Below are positions 56,228 through 64,000 of a DNA stretch of 64,000 nucleotides, piece after piece. Location of the stretch: assembly GCA_964016885.1 (NCBI GenBank), contig CAXHJY010001058.1:1-64000 (forward strand). Direction: 5' to 3'. The number at the start of each line of letters is the position of its first letter. Positions within the stretch are counted from its first letter, which is position 1. Source of the stretch: Eledone cirrhosa. Lineage: Eukaryota. The notes under the pieces were generated by a model, which was given only the letters and a program-made list of their open reading frames with translations, did no database searches and was not told where the DNA came from. The position numbers were made by a program, and so were the translations under genes.

Positions 56228-59200
56228 ATGGTGGTTGTGGTGGTGGTAGTGGTGGTGGTGGTGGTGGTAGCTATGTTGTTGGTGGTAGTTGTGGTGGTTA
56301 TGTTGGTGTTGGTGGTGGTTGTGCTGGTGGTTGTGGTTATGTTGGTGTTGGTGGTGGTTGTGGTGGTTGTGGTGGTTGTGATGGTTGTGGTGGTGGTTGT
56401 GGTGGTTGTGGTGGTGTTGGTGGTGGTTCTGGTGGTTGTGGTTATGTTGGTGTTGGTTGTGGTGGTGGTTGTGGTGGTGTTGGTGGTGGTTGTGGTGGTT
56501 GTGGTGGTTGTGTTGGTTGTGTTGGTTGTGGTTATGTTGGTGTTGGTTGTGGTGGTGGTGGTGTTGGTGGTGGTTGTGGTGGTTGTGGTGGTTGTGTTGG
56601 TTGTGTTGGTTGTGGTTATGTTGGTGTTGGTTGTGGTGGTGGTGGTGGTGGTGGTGGTTGTGGTGGTTGTGGTTGTGTTGGTGGTAGTTGTGGTGGTTGT
56701 GATGGTTGTGGTGGTTGTGATGGTTGTGGTTATGTTGGTGTTGGTGTTGGTGGTGATTGTGGTGGTTGTGGTGGTAGTGGTTATGTTAGTGTTGGTGGTG
56801 GTGGTGGTGGTTGTGGTGGTTGTGGTTATGTTGGTGTTGGTGGTGGTAGTGATGGTTGTGGTGGTTGTGGTGGTTGTGATGGTTGTGGTGGTTGTGGTTA
56901 TGTTGGTGTTGGTGGTGGTTGTGGTGGTTGTGGTGGTTGTGGTGGTTGTGGTGGTTGTGTTGGTTGTGGTTATGTTGGTGTTGGTGGTGGTTGTGGTGGT
57001 TGTGGTGGTTGTGGTGGTTGTGGTGGTTGTGTTGGTTGTGATTATGTTGGTGTTGGTGGTGGTTGTGGTGGTTGTGGTGGTTGTGGTGGTTGTGGTGGTT
57101 GTGTTGGTGGTGGTGGTGGTGCTTGTGGTGGTTGTGGTTATGTTGGTGTTGGTGGTGGTTGTGGTGGTTGTGGTGGTTGTGGTGGTTGTGGTTATGTTGG
57201 TGTTGGTGGTGGTTGTGATGGTTGTGGTTATGTTGGTGTTGGTTGTGGTGGTGGTGGTTGTGGTGGTGTTGGTGGTGGTTGTGGTGGTTGTGGTGGTTGT
57301 GGTTATGTTGGTGTTGGTGGTGGTGGTAGTGGTGGTTGTGGTGGTTGTGTTGGTTGTGGTTATGTTGGTGTTGGTGGTGGTTGTGATGGTTGTGGTTATG
57401 TTGGTGTTGGTTGTGGTGGTGGTGCTTGTGGTGGTGTTGGTGGTGGTTGTGGTGGTTGTGGTGGTTGTGGTTATGTTGGTGTTGGTGGTGGTGGTTGTGT
57501 TGGTTGTGGTTATGTTGGTGTCGGTTGTAGTGGTGGTGGTTGTGGTGGTTGTGGTGGTTGTGGTGGTGGTGGTGGTGGTGGTGGTTGTGGTGGTTGTGGT
57601 GGTTGTGTTGGTTGTGGTTATGTTGGTGTTGGTTGTGGTTGTGGTGGTTGTGGTGGTTGTGGTGGTAGTGGTTATGTTGGTGTTGGTGGTGGTTGTGGTG
57701 GTTATGATGGTTGTGGTGGTAGTGGTTATGTTGGTGTTGGTGGTGGTTGTGGTGGTTGTGATGGTTGTGGTGGTGGTTGTGGTGGTTGTGGTGGTTGTGG
57801 TGGTTGTGGTGGTTGTGTTGGTTGTGGTTATGTTGGTGTTAGTGGTGGTTGTGGTGGTTGTGGTGGTTGTGGTGGTTGTGGTGGTTGTGGTTATGTTGGT
57901 GTTGGTGGTGTTGGTGGTGGTTGTGGTGGTTGTGGTGGTTGTGGTGGTTGTGGTGGTTGTGTTGGTTGTGGTTATGTTGGTGTTGGTGGTGGTTGTGGTG
58001 GTTGTGGTGGTTGTGGTGGTTGTGGTTATGTTGGTGTTGGTGGTGGTTGTGGTGGTTGTGGTGGTTGTGGTGGTAGTGGTTATGTTGGTGTTGGTGGTGG
58101 TTGTGGTGGTTGTGGTGGTTGTGGTGGTTGTGGTGGTTGTGTTGGTTGTGGTTATGTTGGTGTTGGTGGTGGTTGTGGTCGTTGTGGTGGTTGTGGTTAT
58201 GTTGGTGTTGGTGGTGGTTGTGGTGGTTGTGGTTATGTTGGTGTTGGTTGTGGTGGTGGTGGTTGTGGTTATGTTGGTGTTGGTGGTGGTTGTGGTGGTT
58301 GTGGTGGTAGTGGTTATGTTGGTGTTGGTGGTGGTTGTGGTGGTTGTGGTGGTTGTGGTGGTTGTGGTTATGTTGGTGTTGGTGGTGGTTGTGGTGGTTG
58401 TGATGGTTGTGGTGGTTGTGGTTATGTTGGTGTTGGTGGTGGTTGTGGTGGTTGTGATGGTTGTGGTGGTGGTTGTGGTGGTTGTGGTGGTTGTGGTGGT
58501 TGTGGTGGTTGTGTTGGTTGTGGTTATGTTGGTGTTAGTGGTGGTTGTGGTGGTTGTGGTGGTTGTGGTGGTTGTGGTGGTTGTGGTGGTTGTGGTTATG
58601 TTGGTGTTGGTGGTGGTTGTGGTGGTTGTGGTGGTTGTGGTGGTTGTGTTGGTTGTGGTTATGTTGGTGTTGGTGGTGGTTGTGGTGGTTGTGGTGGTTG
58701 TGGTGGTTGTGGTTATGTTGGTGTTGGTGGTGGTTGTGGTGGTTGTGGTGGTTGTGGTGGTAGTGGTTATGTTGGTGTTGGTGGTGGTTGTGGTGGTTGT
58801 GGTGGTTGTGGTGGTTGTGGTGGTTGTGTTGGTTGTGGTTATGTTGGTGTTGGTGGTGGTTGTGGTCGTTGTGGTGGTTGTGGTTATGTTGGTGTTGGTG
58901 GTGGTTGTGGTGGTTGTGGTTATGTTGGTGTTGGTTGTGGTGGTGGTGGCTGTGGTTATGTTGGTGTTGGTGGTGGTTGTGGTGGTTGTGGTGGTAGTGG
59001 TTATGTTGGTGTTGGTGGTGGTTGTGGTGGTTGTGGTGGTTGTGGTGGTTGTGGTTATGTTGGTGTTGGTGGTGGTTGTGGTGGTTGTGATGGTTGTGGT
59101 GGTTGTGGTTATGTTGGTGTTGGTGGTGGTTGTGGTGGTTGTGGTGGTTGTGGTTATGTTGGCGTTGGTGGTGGTTGTGGTGGTTGTGGTGGTTGTGGTG

Positions 59201-59980
59201 GTAGTGGTTATGTTGGTGTTGGTGGTGGTTGTGGTGGTTGTGATGGTTGTGGTGGTTGTGGTTATGTTGGTGTTGGTGGTGGTTGTGGTGGTTGTGATGG
59301 TTGTGGTGGTTGTGGTTATGTTGGTGTTGGTGGTGGTTGTGGTGGTTGTGGTGGTTGTGGTGGTTGTGGTTGTGTTGGTGGTAGTTGTGGTGGTTGTGAT
59401 GGTTGTGGTGGTTGTGATGGTTGTGGTGGTTGTGGTTATGTTGGTGTTGGTGTTGGTGTTGGTGGTGATTGTGGTGGTTGTGATGGTAGTGGTTATGTTG
59501 GTGTTGGTGGTGGTGGTGGTGGTTGTGGTAGTAGTGGTTATGTTGGTGGTGGTTGTGGTGGTTGTGGTGGTTGTGGTTATGTTGGTGTTGGTGGTGGTTG
59601 TGGTGGTTGTGGTGGTTGTGGTGGTTGTGGTTATGTTGGTGTTGGTGGTGGTTGTGGTGGTTGTGGTGGTTGTGGTTATGTTGGTGGTGGTTGTGGTGGT
59701 TGAGATGGTTGTGGTGATAGTGGTGGTTGTGGTTATGTTGGTGTTGGTGGTGGTTGTGGTGGTTGTGGTTATGTTGGTGTTGGTGGTGGTTGTGGTGGTT
59801 TTGGTGGTTGTGGTGGTTGTGTTTATGTTGGTGTTGGTGGTGGTTGTGGTAGTTGTGATGGTTGTGGTGGTTGTGGTTGTGTTGGTGGTGTTTGTGGTGG
59901 TGGTGGGTGTGGTGGTGGTAGCTGTGCTGGTTATGGTGGTTGTGCTGGTTATGGTGGTTGTGGTGGTGGTTGTGGCTACT
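56228..59980. repeat. GGT/TGT-based minisatellite, unit (ggtggttgt)n-ggttatgttggtgtt
   Basis: Open frame reads (GGC)n-GYVGVG; about 687-bp higher-order duplication marked by the rare ggtcgt variant near 58177 and 58864. Confidence 0.9.
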
Positions 59981-60279
59981 AGTATATTGAAATTGCTGGT
60001 GGTGATTGTCGCGTTAGTCGTGTGGTGAAGTAGCAGATAAAAGCCGTTATTGCAGTGGTTGTTTAGCCCCAGGTCAACCAGGATCAAACAGAGCTATGAT
60101 CGAATCCATATTTACCTGCCATGACGATCCCGACGTTTGAGAGGGAGTATGTCTTAAGCTACATGTGTAGTGTGCTCTCTCCTACATGAAATATAATTGT
60201 GATTTAAGGGAATTTTTTAGCTGCTATTTCTAGTCGGTCCAAGCTGGTTCGTCAGCTTTTGGTTGTTGCAATTGATAGT

Positions 60280-61330
60280 GATGTTGTGGTAGGGGTGGTA
60301 GCGATGACGGAGAATGGGGGAGGGCTAGTAGTGGGGGTGGCGTTGCTGTGGAGGGGATGCTGGTGGTAGTGGTAGTGGTGGTAGGTGTGGTGGTGGTGGT
60401 GGTGGTGGTGGCAATAGCGATGGTGACAGGGGATGCTGCTGTTGGTGGTATTGGTGGGGGTAGTGGTGGAGGTGGTGGTGGTGGTGTTGTTGGTGGTGTT
60501 GTTGGTGGTGGTGGTGGTGGTTGTGGTGGTGGTGGTAGTGGAGGTGATGGTGGTGGTGATGGGGATAGTGGTGGTGGTGGTGGTGGTGGTAGTGGTGGTG
60601 ATAGTATTGGTGGTGTTGGTTGTGATGGTGCTAGTGGAGATTGTACTGGTGGTGATGGTGGTGGTGGTGGTAGTGGTGGTGATGGTTGTGATGGTGTTGG
60701 TTGTGATGGTGCTAGTGGAGGGTGGTGTTGGTTGAGGTTGTCGTGGTAGTGGTGGTTGTGGTGGGTGTGATGGTGCTGGTGGAGATTGTACTGGTGGTAT
60801 TGTTGGTGGTGGTTGGTGGTGGTGGTAGTGGAGGGTGGTGGTGGTGGTGGTGGTTGAGGTGGTTGTGTCGGTGATGGTAATGGTGCTGGTGGTGATGGCG
60901 GTAGTGGTGTTGGTGGTTGTGGTGGTGGTGGTAGTAGTGGTGGTGCTAGTGGATGGTGGTGGTGGTGGTGGTGGTGGTGGTGGTGGTGGTGGTTGGTGGT
61001 GGTGGTAGTAGCGATGGTGGTCGTGGTGCTGGTTGAGGTGGTCATGTCGGTTATGGTGGTGGTGATGGTGGTGGTGGTAGTGGAGGGTGGTGGTGGTGGT
61101 GGTGGTGGTTGGGGTGGTTGTGTCGGTGATGGTAATGGTGCTGGTGGTGATGGCGGTAGTGGTGTTGGTGGTTGTGGTGGTGGTGGTGGTAGTAGTGGTG
61201 GTGCTAGTGGATGGTGGTGGTGGTGGTGGTTGAGGTGGTTGAGGTGGTTGTGTCGGTGATGGTAGTGGTGGTGGTGGTGGTGGTGGTGGTGCTATTGGAG
61301 GGTGGTGTTGGTGGTAAGGTGGCATGGTGG
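60280..61330. repeat. Degenerate (GGT)n tract with internal duplications
   Basis: Directly visible; 60822-60970 repeated near 61074-61230. Confidence 0.85.
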
Positions 61331-61900
61331 AGAGTGGAACTGGTTTCGGCGGCGGCAATAATAGATGAACGAAAAATCTCCGATGATTTTATTGTTATCT
61401 TTATTTTGTTATTTATTTACTTCCTTTGTGCTTAATGGGAAGTTGTGGAATGTACTAGATTAGACAGACTGACAGACTGACAGACTGGCAGGCTGGTAGA
61501 GGATCAGACAGGCAGACAGACTGACTGATATATATATATATATATATAAGTATGAGAAATGAAATTTCGTTTCATTTTTTCCATATATATACTATCACCA
61601 CCACTACCACCACCACCACCACCACCACTATCCCCATCACCACCACCATCACCTCCACTACCACCACCACCACAACCATATATATATGTAAAAGGTAAAC
61701 ATAAATAACAACACAATCGGTACAGTATATGGAAGGTATATATTAGGTTAACTCTTGATATAGCAGGAAGAAGGTATTAACGTTTCGGACGCTAGTCCTT
61801 TATCAGAAGGAAGAATGAGAAATAAAATAGATTGAGGGGACGGGCGGGATGGAATTGGAAAAAAATGTCTTTAGATACAAATAACACGTCCATTCATGTT

Positions 61901-61982
<82 letters not shown>

Positions 61983-62135
61983 GGGGGGGGGAGATCGTTA
62001 GATAGATAGATAGATAGATAGATTAAACAGGTAAACAGTGATATATTTACGCACATATATATATATATATGCAAAAGTTCTATTTAAATTGATATTTATA
62101 ACTGATATAAAGCACTCGACAAGTATTTGGAGTAG

Positions 62136-62496
62136 ATATACGATATTAACAAATGGAAACTATATTTATAAAACCATATTTATTTCATGATACATATTTC
62201 AAGGATACCAAATTAAATTATGGTATGCCTTCATCAGACAAAATAAAATATATACCAGTTTTATAAATAAACATTGACGTACCCTTTCAAAATGCAACCG
62301 TTACTTTTGGAAGACATCAGATGTCTTCCAAAAGTAACGGTTGCATTTTGAAAGGGTACGTCAATGTTTATTTATAAAACTGGTATATATTGTATTTTGT
62401 CTGATGAAGGCATACCATAATTTAACTTGGTATCCTTGAAATATGTATAATGAAATAAATATGGTTTTATAAATATAGTTTCCATTTGTTAATATC

Positions 62497-62502
<6 letters not shown>
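62136..62502. mobile_element. Near-perfect palindrome (centre 62319) with an HHR in each arm
   Basis: tattttgt-CTGATGA-aggcatacca..tggtatcctt-GAAA-tatgta-T(C/A)-atgaaata at 62393-62457 (+) and 62181-62245 (-). Confidence 0.8.
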
Positions 62503-62564
<62 letters not shown>

Positions 62565-62620
62565 CAGAAATAGCCGTCGAAACGGCTTGAGCTCTGCCGT
62601 AGGGGTCCTGAACCTTTTCC

Positions 62621-62661
<41 letters not shown>

Positions 62662-63039
62662 GGGGGGGTATAAATAGACAGATAGACAGTGATATATATA
62701 TACATATATATAGTGAGAGAGAGAGGAAGATAAAGAGTGAGAGAAAGAGGGGGGATAAAGAAAGAGAGAGAGAGGGGGGTATAAATAGACAGATAGACAG
62801 TGATATATATATACATATATATAGTGAGAGAGAGAGGAAGAGAAAGAGGGAGAGAAAGAGGGGGATAAAGAAAGAGAGACTGGCGGAGAGCAACAGACAT
62901 GCATTTACGAATTGCATGGATGGACCTTTGTCGGTTTCAGCGATTAGTGCTTCAATTGTTTATTCAACGAAACGGCCTGCTCATGACATTAACGTATAAG
63001 TGCCTGAGTATTCCACAAGCAAGTGTAAAATAATTCTCA

Positions 63040-63294
63040 GATGGCGTAGGACAGAACAAAGGAGAGACAAAACAAAGAAAAGAATCCCCAGTCACTGAAG
63101 AGGTCACAGAATGTGTGACGAAAGAACTTTGACAAAATATAAACAACCGTCCGGTTGTGGAACCAACGAACCAACCGAAAATTTATAAATTTTTTATACA
63201 TTTTTTTTTTATTTATAATTTAGTTTATAATAAATTGAAGTGAAAGCAACTGGTGCGTGTGTTTCTTATTGGCAACATGACCCTTCCAAAGAAT

Positions 63295-63300
<6 letters not shown>
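63040..63300 (+). mobile_element. Solo Penelope 3' end/pLTR with HHR (63091-63133), family of 13229-14660
   Basis: Reverse complement of 13229-13465; helix II gtcaca/tgtgac intact; ends in (TA)n. Confidence 0.85.
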
Positions 63301-63390
<90 letters not shown>

Positions 63391-63696
63391 ACATGGTCGG
63401 CTGTATAAAAAGGGTTTATTTACAGTATTAACAATTGTTTCATTGATCAGGTGAGTCTAAAGGCCGCTGATCACTCGAAACTGTACAGCCGACCATGTTG
63501 TTGTTCACTCTTTCACTACTATTACTCCAAGAATGACCTGCATGGGAATTCTCGCAAAATCACTACCTAACTATGGAAACCTCTTGTTGAGTCAAACAAC
63601 TCCGTACGTTAAAACTATCCACAATACAGAGTACTCACAACCTCTAACTGGATTACCTAAAACGATAACTTCTTATCCCATATATATATATATATA

Positions 63697-63953
63697 TTCC
63701 AAGGCTGGAATTGAACCATCAGCACAGTTGAGCTATGTCAGACATCAATTTATTTCATCTGATGAGGACATACTGAGGAAACAGCACAGTACCTCTGAAA
63801 TATATATAATAAAATATATTTGATCACATGAATGTCTATATTTATTAATATTTTGAATTAATATTAATAACTCCAGAAAACTCAGTTGAGTGCTTCTAAT
63901 CTATTGTAAAACTATATTCATTGATTAATCAATGAACCTTGTTTAACTTTTGG

Positions 63954-63955
<2 letters not shown>
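63697..63955 (+). mobile_element. HHR-bearing element, family of 7450-7826
   Basis: CTGATGA at 63759-63765 ... GAAA tatatata ataaaata; flanked by (TA)n on both sides. Confidence 0.75.

Positions 63956-64000
<45 letters not shown>

Noticed and set aside
56062-60087. Mucin-like poly-Thr ORF (minus) and poly-Val ORF (plus)
   Set aside because: Alternative frames of the GGT/TGT repeat; no signal peptide, domain or codon diversity
60230-61358. Pro/Thr/His-rich extensin-like ORFs
   Set aside because: Translations of degenerate (ACC)n repeat

Overview
This is AT-rich, repeat-dominated eukaryotic DNA, very probably intronic or intergenic. The tRNA-derived SINE families resemble those of octopod cephalopods, which is an inference from recall and not a database match. 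No intact host gene is evident, and most ORF-track entries are microsatellite translations. Recognisable content: long (TA)n, (CA)n and (CATA)n tracts; about 15 SINE copies; decayed DNA transposons (a hAT with TIRs and an 8-bp TSD, a Merlin/IS1595-like element with TIRs and a 9-bp TSD, non-autonomous Helitrons); LINE fragments (RTE, R4/Dong-like, CRE/NeSL-like); two Penelope-like retroelements (RT plus GIY-YIG); and a roughly 4-kb GGT-based minisatellite. The main signal is a dense set of type I hammerhead ribozyme (HHR) motifs: about 25-27 read by eye, in about 12 sequence families, some degenerate. They are carried by Penelope 3' ends and by non-coding retrozyme-like units, including a near-identical 310-bp tandem array with 8 HHRs at 20639-23139 and a 478-bp unit at 23158-24245. 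Most of these elements sit in (TA)n, often as tail-out fold-back dimers, and two families show a U3:A8 variant catalytic core. All pairings and coordinates were worked out by hand and need computational and biochemical confirmation.
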